Sequence record: MH533020.1
Source: Acinetobacter phage ABPH49
Length of the DNA: 64,000 nucleotides
Strand: one strand, 5' to 3'
The notes beneath the pieces were generated by a model that was not told where the DNA came from, made no database searches, and was given only the letters and a program-made list of their open reading frames with translations. This document shows, piece after piece, positions 24,978 to 33,921 of this stretch. Numbering within the stretch: the first letter of the stretch is position 1; each line of letters opens with the position of its first letter. The position numbers and the translations under genes are program-made.

Positions 24978-25416
24978 CTTTCTTTGCCGGTGCGATGAAG
25001 TAGTTCTGACCCTGTTTCACTTGCACAAAGAAGCCACGGAACCACACGCTACCGTCCAGCATGTCTGTATTCATAGCCACATCGTACAGATCGAGGGTTT
25101 CACGGGATGGGCGCATGGTGGCCGTCAGAAGAGTGTCGAATGCACTCATTGAAAGCTCGTACATGTGGCCGTCTTTGTCTTCCAGATGGATGTTGGCTGC
25201 GCTACGCCCACGGCTGTAAGTGTTGTAACGGAGTTCCAGCTTCCGACTGATGTGCTGATCCACAATCTTGTGCGTCTGCGAAGGCATCCAGTGATATTTG
25301 TCCCGATCCTCCTCGATCCGGATGTCGCCTTCCCAGCCAGTATACCACTTGCCGTCTTTTTCCCCGCCATCGTAAACTACCGCAGGATACTTTCGTTTGT
25401 TCAGCTTTTTGTTCAT
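24964..25416 (-). CDS. hypothetical protein (150 aa)
   Basis: GGAGG RBS. Confidence 0.65.
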   Translation of the reverse strand: MNKKLNKRKYPAVVYDGGEKDGKWYTGWEGDIRIEEDRDKYHWMPSQTHKIVDQHISRKLELRYNTYSRGRSAANIHLEDKDGHMYELSMSAFDTLLTATMRPSRETLDLYDVAMNTDMLDGSVWFRGFFVQVKQGQNYFIAPAKKDERD

Positions 25417-25505
25417 TTTACCTCCACAGCGTTATCAGTAGGTGGAGTGTACCACACACAACCACCAATGCAAGCCCTAATCTGATCATCCAAAATGAGA
25501 TCAGG

Positions 25506-25727
25506 TCACCCATGCGATCCTTTTCGATTTTTGGCCTCCTTTTGGTTTATTGCAATAAACCATGCCACTGTAAATGCTATGCACGTTATGGATCTGGCGA
25601 TCTTGTCATTCTCGACACCGAACAGGTGGTTCAACAACATGTGGGTGCCGACACCAAATGCAGCCAGTAAGGCTCCACACAGGGCCATCCAAAACATCAC
25701 GACCAGAAACTGTAAGAAAATCTTCAT
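25506..25727 (-). CDS. membrane protein (~73 aa, 2 TM)
   Basis: AAGGAG RBS before internal ATG. Confidence 0.55.
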   Translation of the reverse strand: MKIFLQFLVVMFWMALCGALLAAFGVGTHMLLNHLFGVENDKIARSITCIAFTVAWFIAINQKEAKNRKGSHG

Positions 25728-25924
25728 TTCTTTATGAACTCCTTCTCTATCATATTCCCCAACAAGTAGCAAGTGACAAATACAGCAGCTATTCCAACGA
25801 ACTTAATGAACATCCACAAGTTATTGTTTATTAGCCATGCGGCACTGATCATCAAAGCTGCAACGATCATGATCACAATGATAGCACACAACCCATAAAA
25901 CATACGCTTTAGAAAATTAGACAT
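25724..25924 (-). CDS. membrane protein (~66 aa, 2 TM)
   Basis: GGAGG RBS before internal ATG (MSNFLKRMF). Confidence 0.55.
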   Translation of the reverse strand: MSNFLKRMFYGLCAIIVIMIVAALMISAAWLINNNLWMFIKFVGIAAVFVTCYLLGNMIEKEFIKK

Positions 25925-26112
25925 GAAAACCTCCAACATTTAGTAAAGATCCGTTATAATTAGGAGATCAATAATGACGACCGGTTAGGGAGTTATTATT
26001 GATCGAATAATTATCATGAGCGACCAGCGGGAGCGAGTGTTCTTATGTTAATACTTGTGTTCCTTTTTAAGAACACCACTCCACGCCGATCTTGTAGCTG
26101 TTGACTACAACA

Positions 26113-26493
26113 TCATCTCTCGAGACGCTTGGTGAACTTCCTCACCGCGTTGTCAACCTCCTCATCATCGGTACCGGCCTGCCAGTGGATAACGAGAAGT
26201 GATCCCAACTCTATCATCTCTCGGTCCACGTCGTCAAACCTTTCCGTCAACATTTGGATCAGATCCTTCTCACTGTCCTGAACGTCGTCTGGATAGGTGA
26301 AACTGTTGAACTTGACATACGTGTCTTCGAATCCATCACTGAACTTCCGCTCAATTTGGAAACCTTTCCCGTTGGCCGTGATGTTGTACACGATGCTTGA
26401 CTCTTCCCCTGAGTCTGGGATATCCGTTACTGTGAAGATCCCGTACATCCCTGTACGAACGGCGATTGCTTCGCCAGATACGTTTCTTGCCAT
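26113..26493 (-). CDS. hypothetical acidic protein (126 aa)
   Basis: AAGGAGAG RBS. Confidence 0.65.
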   Translation of the reverse strand: MARNVSGEAIAVRTGMYGIFTVTDIPDSGEESSIVYNITANGKGFQIERKFSDGFEDTYVKFNSFTYPDDVQDSEKDLIQMLTERFDDVDREMIELGSLLVIHWQAGTDDEEVDNAVRKFTKRLER

Positions 26494-26502
26494 GAACTCT
26501 CC

Positions 26503-28269
26503 TTACATGAACTCATCGAAGTAGATCACCTCGCCAAATGGCGCTATCCACGGTGCCCGTCGCCCACCCAGCTTGACCCACAAGGTTTGGTTGTACTTGT
26601 GGTACCAATCTTTCTCGTTGGCTGGAGAGTGGAACTCGCAGTCAGTGAAGATTATCAGCTGATCAACCCGCTCGTCAAGCGTGTCGAGGTAATTAAACAC
26701 GCAGAACACGTCAGTCCCCCACGAAGTCTCGATCTTGTAATCGTTGATCTCGAAGGCATTCTCTTTCGTGTACCGGCATACCTTGCCCACGTGCGTTGAC
26801 CAGCAGAACAATACCACCTCGAACTCGTCGAACTGGTTCATCAGTCCACCGATCTCATTTCGAACATGGCGGAGAAGGCCGTCGTTAAATGACCCTGACA
26901 CGTCGAAACCAATGAATACCTTGATGATCTTCTTGGTATCCTTGCCCGGCAACACGACCGACTGGTTCGGCTTAATGTACCCACCTGACCGCAGTGAGCG
27001 AGTCAATGACCACGACCGACGATGTGGACGGCGATACGACACGTTTTCCTTACGCAGAGACATCAGGGTCTTACGGATCATCTCCATGTAGTTGATACAG
27101 GCTTGTTGGCCGTCTTCCAACCACTCGCGGGCCTCTTTTGGTGCAGCTGCCCCAGCGTTAATGATCGCAACCTCGCATGTGCGACGCATAACCGCCTGAT
27201 TTTCTTTCATCTCCTCTTCGGAAATCTCAGGCTGCTTTGATGTGTCTACGCCCAGTGCACTTTGGATATCCCCGAGGGAAGTCTTTCCGTCATCATCCTC
27301 TTCACCTTCCTGATCGGAGGATCCCTTTCCGCCGACGCCGGATCCTTCTCCCTCTTCTTCACCCTCGCCCTCTTCAGGTTCGCCTTCCCCGTCGCCAGAA
27401 TCTGCTTCGCCTGAGCCTTCCAAATCCCCCTCGTCGTCCTCTTCTTCCTCGGTATCATCGTCTTCATCCGGGGAAGACCCGCCACCTTCTTCTTCTTCGG
27501 GTTCCTCAGGTGGTGGAGTGCCAGAATCATCCTCTTCTCCCTCCGGCTTGTTGCCGGATCCGTCTTCATTGAGGTGGACGTCGTGGGACTTGTCTGGAAC
27601 ATCCTCGCCAGACTCTACACGCTTGTAGATGTCTCGGTAAATGTCTTCAGTCGCCCAGTTCAGGTACTTGAAGTCTACGCAGCACAGGGACAACCATCCG
27701 AACTCTTCACCACGGACAAAGACAGTTTTCTCTGCATCAGGGAACCACGCCTTGCCGAGGGCATCAGTTTTACTGTGCTCGATTACCAGACTTGTGTTGA
27801 TGCCGTGATCCGCAGCGATGTTGAACTCATCATTGTTGAACTCTTTACCACGGAAGATGTGTTCGTTCAGTACGTGGCGCACCTCATGCTCCATGACAAA
27901 GACAACCTCGCGAGGGGTCTTCTCTTTGAACCAAACATCCAGCTCCTCCTTCAGCCGCTGCCGCTTAGCGAAGGACATACCCAGACTGTCGATGCGCTTG
28001 TGGACCATCTCACGGCGCTTCTCTGACATCCCGGCGATGAACTCGACGGAGTAGTAGAAGTTGCGACCATCAGTGGCGCAGGTACTTAACCACTCTGTGG
28101 CCTCAACAACCGGCATGGATGCGAGCATGGTGCCGTAGAACGGGCGAACACGCTGAAGCTGTATGGATGCCATCTCCAACAGGCGGGTCGCCTTCTCGGA
28201 GTTTATACGCGCCTCTGCAAGCTCTTCTTGGGTCATGTGTTTTGGTGCAGTTAACAACTCGATAGACAT
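26503..28269 (-). CDS. CobT-like VWA-domain protein with N-terminal HExxH metallopeptidase-like domain (DUF2201-type) and ~100-aa acidic linker
   Basis: N-terminus HEVRHVLNEH (HExxH); C-terminus DVSGS (MIDAS DxSxS) with VWA-like beta-alpha pattern; central D/E/G/P-rich tract; start MSIELL with GGAGGAAAGA RBS. Confidence 0.75.
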   Translation of the reverse strand: MSIELLTAPKHMTQEELAEARINSEKATRLLEMASIQLQRVRPFYGTMLASMPVVEATEWLSTCATDGRNFYYSVEFIAGMSEKRREMVHKRIDSLGMSFAKRQRLKEELDVWFKEKTPREVVFVMEHEVRHVLNEHIFRGKEFNNDEFNIAADHGINTSLVIEHSKTDALGKAWFPDAEKTVFVRGEEFGWLSLCCVDFKYLNWATEDIYRDIYKRVESGEDVPDKSHDVHLNEDGSGNKPEGEEDDSGTPPPEEPEEEEGGGSSPDEDDDTEEEEDDEGDLEGSGEADSGDGEGEPEEGEGEEEGEGSGVGGKGSSDQEGEEDDDGKTSLGDIQSALGVDTSKQPEISEEEMKENQAVMRRTCEVAIINAGAAAPKEAREWLEDGQQACINYMEMIRKTLMSLRKENVSYRRPHRRSWSLTRSLRSGGYIKPNQSVVLPGKDTKKIIKVFIGFDVSGSFNDGLLRHVRNEIGGLMNQFDEFEVVLFCWSTHVGKVCRYTKENAFEINDYKIETSWGTDVFCVFNYLDTLDERVDQLIIFTDCEFHSPANEKDWYHKYNQTLWVKLGGRRAPWIAPFGEVIYFDEFM

Positions 28270-28343
28270 TCTTTCCTCCAAAAGAAAATGGGCCATCTGT
28301 TAAGATGACCCATTGTTTCATGTGTTGATTACGAAGTCAACAC

Positions 28344-29618
28344 CTATTTGAATGCACTCGCCATCGATGCATATCGCGCCATGTACATCGAGACGATATT
28401 CGACAGGTCTTTCACTTTTCGCAGCAAGCTGGTGATCAGGTTATCGCCACGCAGTGGGTTCATGTCCAGAATCGCCTCTTCCTCTTTGGCAACCTGACGC
28501 ATCAGCTTCATGGAGACAGCAATGATCGAGTCCTTGGCTTCATGGATGTGGTTTTTCATCATGAATTTCAGGAAGTTAGCTACACGACTCAGGAACTCGT
28601 CGTTGCTGTACTTGTCGATATTCATCACATCTTTCTTCAGCTGGCGCAGGCAGTAATACACCAACACGGACACCAGATCGATCTCGTTAGGTGCCAGTTT
28701 GTTTTTGTGCTCTGTTACCTTCCCGCTGAGTACGTCCTCGGCGTCTGGAAGCTTCTTAGACCGCACGTGGTGGTCCATCAGGGCAGTTACCATGTCTGAA
28801 CCAACCAGACCTTGAATAGCCACTTCTGCCAACTCACGGTCCAGCTCTCCGGCATCATAATCATCGAGAACATTGCCGCAGTCTACCAGTTGGCGAGGTG
28901 ACGAGAAGCATGGCCCTTCGAAGCCTTGTGTACCAACCAGATGGCCGGTATAGATTTTGTCCGGGTTTTTCTTGATGAAGGTTACGACGCTCTGGTGCAC
29001 GTTCTGAGGAACAGCGAAGTCCTCGATCCACACAGTTGCGTTATAATCAACCTCAACAATCATCATTCGGTTAACCAACGGACCCAACAGCTCGGTTGTT
29101 GCACCGTTGTCGCCCGGGCGGTTACCAGCACCGATAAAGACGGACTTCGGGAAGGTGAACTCGCCGATACGGTGATCCAGCATGATCTGGTATGCCGCCT
29201 GTTGACACGCCGGGCTGGCGTTTGTCAGCTCGTCAAGGAAGACGAATCCGCGCCAGTTTGGGTCGGTAGGCCAGAAGCTTGGCGTTGCGTACACGGTTCT
29301 GACGATAGTCTTTCCGTTCTCGACAACCTCAACTGGGATCTGCACACCGGCCAAGTCGGCAGGTTCTTTATCCGACAGGCGGATATCACAGACTGACCCC
29401 CACGACGTACCGATGTAATCTGGGAACATCTCCGCCGCGAGTTGGGCAATCTTTTGGGATTTACCAAGACCGGCACCGCCGAAGAAGAAGATCGCCTTGC
29501 CAGTTTTGGCACAGTGTTTGATCAGGGGTTCCATCTGGCGCATGGTTATGCGACGAGTGAAGATGTTTTGCTTTTTGTACTGAGCCACAATATTTCCTCT
29601 TTCATGTGAATGAGGCCC
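28344..29618 (-). CDS. CobS-like MoxR-family AAA+ ATPase
   Basis: Walker A GGAGLGKSQ, Walker B FVFLDE; directly upstream of the VWA partner; start MGPHS with AAAGG RBS. Confidence 0.75.
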   Translation of the reverse strand, partial: GPHSHERGNIVAQYKKQNIFTRRITMRQMEPLIKHCAKTGKAIFFFGGAGLGKSQKIAQLAAEMFPDYIGTSWGSVCDIRLSDKEPADLAGVQIPVEVVENGKTIVRTVYATPSFWPTDPNWRGFVFLDELTNASPACQQAAYQIMLDHRIGEFTFPKSVFIGAGNRPGDNGATTELLGPLVNRMMIVEVDYNATVWIEDFAVPQNVHQSVVTFIKKNPDKIYTGHLVGTQGFEGPCFSSPRQLVDCGNVLDDYDAGELDRELAEVAIQGLVGSDMVTALMDHHVRSKKLPDAEDVLSGKVTEHKNKLAPNEIDLVSVLVYYCLRQLKKDVMNIDKYSNDEFLSRVANFLKFMMKNHIHEAKDSIIAVSMKLMRQVAKEEEAILDMNPLRGDNLITSLLRKVKDLSNIVSMYMARYASMASAFK

Positions 29619-29644
29619 CATGATAAGGACCTTTTGACAGGATG

Positions 29645-29866
29645 TCAAATTACTTTTTCGTACCCTTCTGCATAGAGGTCAGTGACAAACCATGCAACCA
29701 ACTTGACTCCACCTTCAGAGAATGGATCCAGTGCCGACGGGTATGGGGTAGCCATAGTTCCATCTCGCCTTTCAAACCAATTTGTCAGGGTTTTGTTTGC
29801 GAAGTCGAATCGGTAAGTATGTCCCGAGATTGGTTCGCGAAAAGTCAAGGTATCATCTTGATTCAT
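29645..29866 (-). CDS. hypothetical protein (73 aa)
   Basis: GGAGAG RBS. Confidence 0.6.
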   Translation of the reverse strand: MNQDDTLTFREPISGHTYRFDFANKTLTNWFERRDGTMATPYPSALDPFSEGGVKLVAWFVTDLYAEGYEKVI

Positions 29867-30062
29867 AGATGCTCTCCAAGTCTAACCACTGATCAAGACC
29901 AACAGCCTTTCCATCGGTCTTCCGGTATTTAGTAATCTTGCCAGTTGAGCACTGGACCGCACTGACCCAGTATTTCTGACCCCCGTCCCGCAGTTGCTCT
30001 GACCAACCCCACCCGAGGGTGTTGCTGATCTTGCCTCTGTGAGTGAATTCTTTCTTAGCCAT
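29853..30062 (-). CDS. hypothetical protein (69 aa)
   Basis: GGAGG RBS. Confidence 0.6.
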   Translation of the reverse strand: MAKKEFTHRGKISNTLGWGWSEQLRDGGQKYWVSAVQCSTGKITKYRKTDGKAVGLDQWLDLESIYESR

Positions 30063-30116
30063 TATTTACCTCCAGAACAACCCCAACTCCGCCGCAAGTT
30101 TGGCATGGGCCAACCT

Positions 30117-30407
30117 TCATGTCCGATTCATCATAGAAGAATCCTTGGTGGCACCCATTTCCCCGGCAAACATGGGCTTTAGCTTTTTTCGTTGCCGGAT
30201 GATCCAGAATCCACTGTGACCACCTTTCCCAACCTCCTCGAGGTAACCTTTGGAGATCAGGCCTTCCGCCACCTTTCCGATTTTAACAGGTAACAGGCAG
30301 TCCCCGTCCCAATACTGGGTTTTTCGACGAGGACTGGCCTCTATCTCCCAGCCAAATACAACAGCAGCTTGGAGGAAACTTGCCTCGCGTTTGTTAATCT
30401 TGCTCAT
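30117..30407 (-). CDS. hypothetical protein (~96 aa; start MSKINKREAS), possibly DNA-binding
   Basis: GGGGG RBS; TGATG overlap with upstream HD gene. Confidence 0.5.
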   Translation of the reverse strand: MSKINKREASFLQAAVVFGWEIEASPRRKTQYWDGDCLLPVKIGKVAEGLISKGYLEEVGKGGHSGFWIIRQRKKLKPMFAGEMGATKDSSMMNRT

Positions 30408-30886
30408 CACTGACCCCCGTGAAGGATTTCGTGCAGCTGGCGGGCAGAGTCCAGACGAACCCACATCGCGTGGTATTTACGCATACGCAGCAGATCCTTG
30501 TCGGTAATGCCCTTCAGGCGGCGAATGTCGGTATTGTGGCGCAGGTCGGCCAGCTTAACCAGTGTTGCATTCGGGCTTTGCATCAGGCCATTGAGGTATT
30601 CCTCAGGCGTCTGACCTTCCTTCTTGGTCATGCGGTCGACAATGTCCACGACGGACTTGTCAAATCCGGCCTCGAGGAGGTATTCCAAAGTGACGTTGGT
30701 ATCTTCCACCAGATCGTGCATTACCGCAGCCGCTTTCACCAACGGGTCCTGCGACTTGACGTAGTGCATCACTTTCAAGCAGTGCAGGATGTATGGTTGA
30801 CCACCCTTGTCAAACTGGCCGTGGTGATGGGTAGCTGCCAGATAGATTGCTTTAGCCAGTTGTTCTTCTTTGCTCATCAGTTCCAT
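30407..30886 (-). CDS. HD-domain (p)ppGpp hydrolase (Mesh1/SpoT-hydrolase-like small alarmone hydrolase)
   Basis: motifs HHHGQFDKGGQPYILHCLKV ... HDLVEDT match the HD hydrolase signature of RelA/SpoT/Mesh1; AGGAGAAG RBS. Confidence 0.75.
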   Translation of the reverse strand: MELMSKEEQLAKAIYLAATHHHGQFDKGGQPYILHCLKVMHYVKSQDPLVKAAAVMHDLVEDTNVTLEYLLEAGFDKSVVDIVDRMTKKEGQTPEEYLNGLMQSPNATLVKLADLRHNTDIRRLKGITDKDLLRMRKYHAMWVRLDSARQLHEILHGGQ

Positions 30887-30898
30887 TATCTTCTCCTA

Positions 30899-31846
30899 TT
30901 AAAACATCTGTGGTGGCGGGAAGTATCTAATTTCTTCGTACTTAGGATATGAAGGATATCCTAACTTCTCCCCCTCGTCAACAAAAAACTGACCATCAGG
31001 CCAAACCATCCGAACCAGTGGTGGGATCTCTGGAAGGTTTTTAATCTCCTCGTCGAGCATCTTTGCAACATCCTGCGTCCGGCAGAAGGAAGCACATACC
31101 CTGTCATTTGGGAAAATAACAGATTCATGCTCTGTGCCGATCTCCATCCACATGTGGGTGTCACGATTGGACCAGCTGGAATAGTCCCTGACATTGGACC
31201 CATAATCCGGCCGCGCCGGTGCATTGCCGAAGTTTATCCGCAAGCCACCCAGCTGCGTCCTAACCCTATTGACGCCATACCCGAATTCCTTCGTCACCAG
31301 AGAGATCTCTGTCCCGAGCGTCAGCTCTTTGTGTTCTTCGGTGAGAAGACTACTCACCGCACTTAAACCCTCTATGCAGTACCAGAGGGACCCAACTTTT
31401 GGGCCACTACCCTGTTGGGAATCGAGCTTATAGAAATGCTCGAAAAGCTCCTCCAGAACGGTTTTTATGGAGGTGTTGTAGAATTTAACCATCCCAGTCC
31501 CGCTGACTGTCGGCATCAGATTAGGGCTTGCATTGGTGGTGGTGTGGTATCGGATAGATGGAGCCTCACGATAGAGAACAAAGGAAACGTCATCCCTTTC
31601 CTGATGCTTTACTGAATAGGCAGCGGCGCTGCCCATATTGATCATCGCATCAAGAATGCGCTCATGGAACTGAACAGACCGGTAATTTGGTATTTTACGC
31701 AAGGCTGAGTAAAACAGTGACTCATTTTTGTCGTTGGTCTGAGTGTCCCAATTGCCATTCAACATCGCCTTCATCTCCCTTTCTGAGAAGTTTGGTGTGC
31801 GTATGGATCGTTGTCCGACCCACCACGGATTTTTGTCAATTTTCAT
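30899..31846 (-). CDS. hypothetical protein (~315 aa), first gene of the left arm
   Basis: AAGGAGGG RBS before ATG (MKIDKNPWW); no recognisable domain. Confidence 0.65.
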   Translation of the reverse strand: MKIDKNPWWVGQRSIRTPNFSEREMKAMLNGNWDTQTNDKNESLFYSALRKIPNYRSVQFHERILDAMINMGSAAAYSVKHQERDDVSFVLYREAPSIRYHTTTNASPNLMPTVSGTGMVKFYNTSIKTVLEELFEHFYKLDSQQGSGPKVGSLWYCIEGLSAVSSLLTEEHKELTLGTEISLVTKEFGYGVNRVRTQLGGLRINFGNAPARPDYGSNVRDYSSWSNRDTHMWMEIGTEHESVIFPNDRVCASFCRTQDVAKMLDEEIKNLPEIPPLVRMVWPDGQFFVDEGEKLGYPSYPKYEEIRYFPPPQMF

Positions 31847-31904
31847 ATTCCCTCCTTCATTAGATTCACATAAAGGTACCATGATATTTTTATGATTTCA
31901 AGTG

Positions 31905-31933
31905 TTGACTTCGGATAATTCGACATGTAATAT
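31905..31933 (+). promoter_or_regulatory. sigma70 promoter TTGACT-N17-TAATAT that launches the right arm
   Basis: consensus hexamers; a divergent minus-strand promoter probably overlaps at 31870-31900. Confidence 0.6.
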
Positions 31934-31965
31934 TGGCACATCTTAAACGAACTGAGGGTATGAAT

Positions 31966-32664
31966 ATGTCTCGAGTTATGACCAAGAAAGAAAAGATGGC
32001 CTACATCCAAGAAACCAAGAAGATCTTGGCCGGAGCACCGACAGACTTTATCGCGGGGTTTGATCATCAGAAAGGTACGGACTTCATGGCTTACCGCGAC
32101 AACCCATACACCCGTGAAGATGGGGACAAGGGCCGCCACTGGGCCGCTGGTTTTGAACGGGCAACCATTACCAATCGGGTACGGGAGGAACTGAAGAACA
32201 CCGTTCCTGTGACCTTCGGCGAGATCCTTGCTCTGCCACGTAAAGATATGGAGTCTTGGGACACATCTCGTATTTGCAGCCTGATCGAGCACCACATGAT
32301 CCAAGGTGTCTATAACGCAACAAGCGTCTGGGTGGAAGATAAGGCCTTTGAGCGCATCGACGTCGAGACGATCTTCTACGACAATGGTGATGGAGAACGT
32401 ACCCGCACTATCGGCCTGTTGAGCTTCGACAGTATCCCTGTGATGCTTTACAACCACTCTGGTCGTGGTAGTTTTGAATACTCCAACGAATTTGTTTTGA
32501 ATTCGCTTGTGTTCAAGAACATGGCGTTGTATATTCAAAGTGTTCTTTTGGAACACGACGATGATGCGGATATTGTTGAGTATTCGCCAGATGATGACGC
32601 GGAGCACCTGATCAACTTCTATGGGTCCCGTCTGGAAATTGTAAAAGGAGAGGAAAATGTCTAA
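31966..32664 (+). CDS. hypothetical protein (~232 aa)
   Basis: GAGGG RBS; ATG at 31960 or 31966; the 276-aa antisense ORF is treated as a shadow. Confidence 0.6.
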   Translation: MSRVMTKKEKMAYIQETKKILAGAPTDFIAGFDHQKGTDFMAYRDNPYTREDGDKGRHWAAGFERATITNRVREELKNTVPVTFGEILALPRKDMESWDTSRICSLIEHHMIQGVYNATSVWVEDKAFERIDVETIFYDNGDGERTRTIGLLSFDSIPVMLYNHSGRGSFEYSNEFVLNSLVFKNMALYIQSVLLEHDDDADIVEYSPDDDAEHLINFYGSRLEIVKGEENV

Positions 32665-32914
32665 GACAATCAAGCGCCACCCTGCTGTTTACGAGTGTGA
32701 TCCGGGTGAATCTCTCGGAGGAGAGGCCAAGTACGATGTCCTGCTCAAATCGGGTTGGCACTTCTCTGACCTTGACGAGATGCCTGATGACACCCCGGTA
32801 GGTCACCCTAACCTCCGCCGGGAGGCTCGTTTCGAGACGGTGAAGGAGTTCTTTGATGCCAAACCTCGCCGTCTTAAAGACAAGAATGGAAATCCAGTTG
32901 CGGAGGGCGTGTGA
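32657..32914 (+). CDS. hypothetical protein (85 aa)
   Basis: AAAGGAGAGG RBS. Confidence 0.65.
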   Translation: MSKTIKRHPAVYECDPGESLGGEAKYDVLLKSGWHFSDLDEMPDDTPVGHPNLRREARFETVKEFFDAKPRRLKDKNGNPVAEGV

Positions 32915-33261
32915 TGAAAACCTCTAAAATCGATGAGGCGTTGATACTTTTCCTGTTGTGCTGGGCTATCATCGCCACGTGGTTTGCTATTCCAAGCGGC
33001 CCGCGATCGGATCTTCTTCAATCCAAAGAGGAGATCGCTGCCATCATGAAGGCCAGTGGCTACCGGGACGTAACTTTTGGACCGGAAGTTAAGCAGATGG
33101 GCAAGGAGTGGGGTCCTTGCCTGATCTTTGATGCCCGATATGAGAAGTCTCATGTCAGTGGTGGATACTGCACACCGAAATTTATGGACTGGGGTGTTGT
33201 CATTACTGACTACAAAGTTTCCGATATGGAACATAAAATCGAGGAGAGTTATCAAAAATGA
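32914..33261 (+). CDS. membrane-anchored protein (115 aa)
   Basis: ATGA overlap; N-terminal TM helix. Confidence 0.6.
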   Translation: MKTSKIDEALILFLLCWAIIATWFAIPSGPRSDLLQSKEEIAAIMKASGYRDVTFGPEVKQMGKEWGPCLIFDARYEKSHVSGGYCTPKFMDWGVVITDYKVSDMEHKIEESYQK

Positions 33262-33515
33262 AAAAGTTACTGATTCTGGTCACCGCCGTTCTGCTGTCTG
33301 GCTGCGATCCAACAACAAGGGACGTCAGTGGGACATTTGCAATCCCACAGGAGCTGAAGGACAAAGGCTGTACAATGTACCGCATGAAGAATGAGTACGC
33401 AGAGGCTATTTATGTCCTGTACTGTCCGAATGCGAACACAACAACGCAGCTGCAAGCCAAGCATCCCGCAAACGGATCAGTCATCAATGGTGTGTATTAT
33501 GAAGAAAACCATTAA
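33258..33515 (+). CDS. lipoprotein (85 aa)
   Basis: signal peptide plus lipobox LLSGC. Confidence 0.65.
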   Translation: MKKLLILVTAVLLSGCDPTTRDVSGTFAIPQELKDKGCTMYRMKNEYAEAIYVLYCPNANTTTQLQAKHPANGSVINGVYYEENH

Positions 33516-33720
33516 GTATGAGTACCGGATTGCCCGGTTTACGGTGTCTCTATATCCGACCCCGAGAATGTCTTTCCGTATAGAGCGTCGCCGAACCGAT
33601 AAGTACCTGTTTGTTTTCCCATACGCATGGGTGCCGGTGCGGCACAACGCATGGGTAACAATCTCTGGTGTTGGGTGCTGCTTAGTCCCTCCCGAGGGGG
33701 GATTACTTTGCGGAGTATGA
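33499..33720 (+). CDS. hypothetical protein (~73 aa)
   Basis: ATG inside a track ORF; weak RBS; overlaps the lipoprotein 3' end. Confidence 0.3.
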   Translation: MKKTIKYEYRIARFTVSLYPTPRMSFRIERRRTDKYLFVFPYAWVPVRHNAWVTISGVGCCLVPPEGGLLCGV

Positions 33721-33857
33721 AACTTTGGAGGAGGCCGTGGATTCTATTAAAAAGGCTCTTGACAAGCAGACGGATCCCGAGGTAACATTAACCTACTTTG
33801 ACGCAGCCGGTAATAAAATCGGCTCTGAAAAAGAAGGAACTGACCTATATTAAGGCC

Positions 33858-33888
33858 TTGACAACTGAAGTGGGAAGATGAGATACTC
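33858..33888 (+). promoter_or_regulatory. promoter TTGACA ... GATACT, with its -10 inside a hairpin
   Basis: TTGACA at 33858; -10-like GATACT lies in the loop of hairpin GGGAAGA-TGAGATAC-TCTTCCC. Confidence 0.4.
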
Positions 33889-33921
33889 TTCCCAACGCAA
33901 ACAACAAAGAAGGATAAAATT

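Noticed and set aside
26040-26095. Inverted repeat GTGTTCTTA...TAAGAACAC downstream of gene 26113-26493 as a terminator
   Set aside because: No U-tract on either strand. Kept only as a possible protein-binding or processing site, not annotated.
30899-31846. ADP-ribosyltransferase call for the 315-aa early protein (YREAP / TTT / EHE resemblance to R-S-E toxins)
   Set aside because: Spacing and order of the putative R, STS and ExE motifs do not match known ART folds (R and STS only ~10 aa apart). No confidence without structural evidence.
31843-32673. 276-aa minus-strand ORF crossing the divergent promoter region
   Set aside because: It overlaps the plus-strand gene 31966-32664, which has a consensus promoter and RBS and starts the right-arm operon. 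The minus ORF would start inside that operon with no RBS and would run through the promoter hub.
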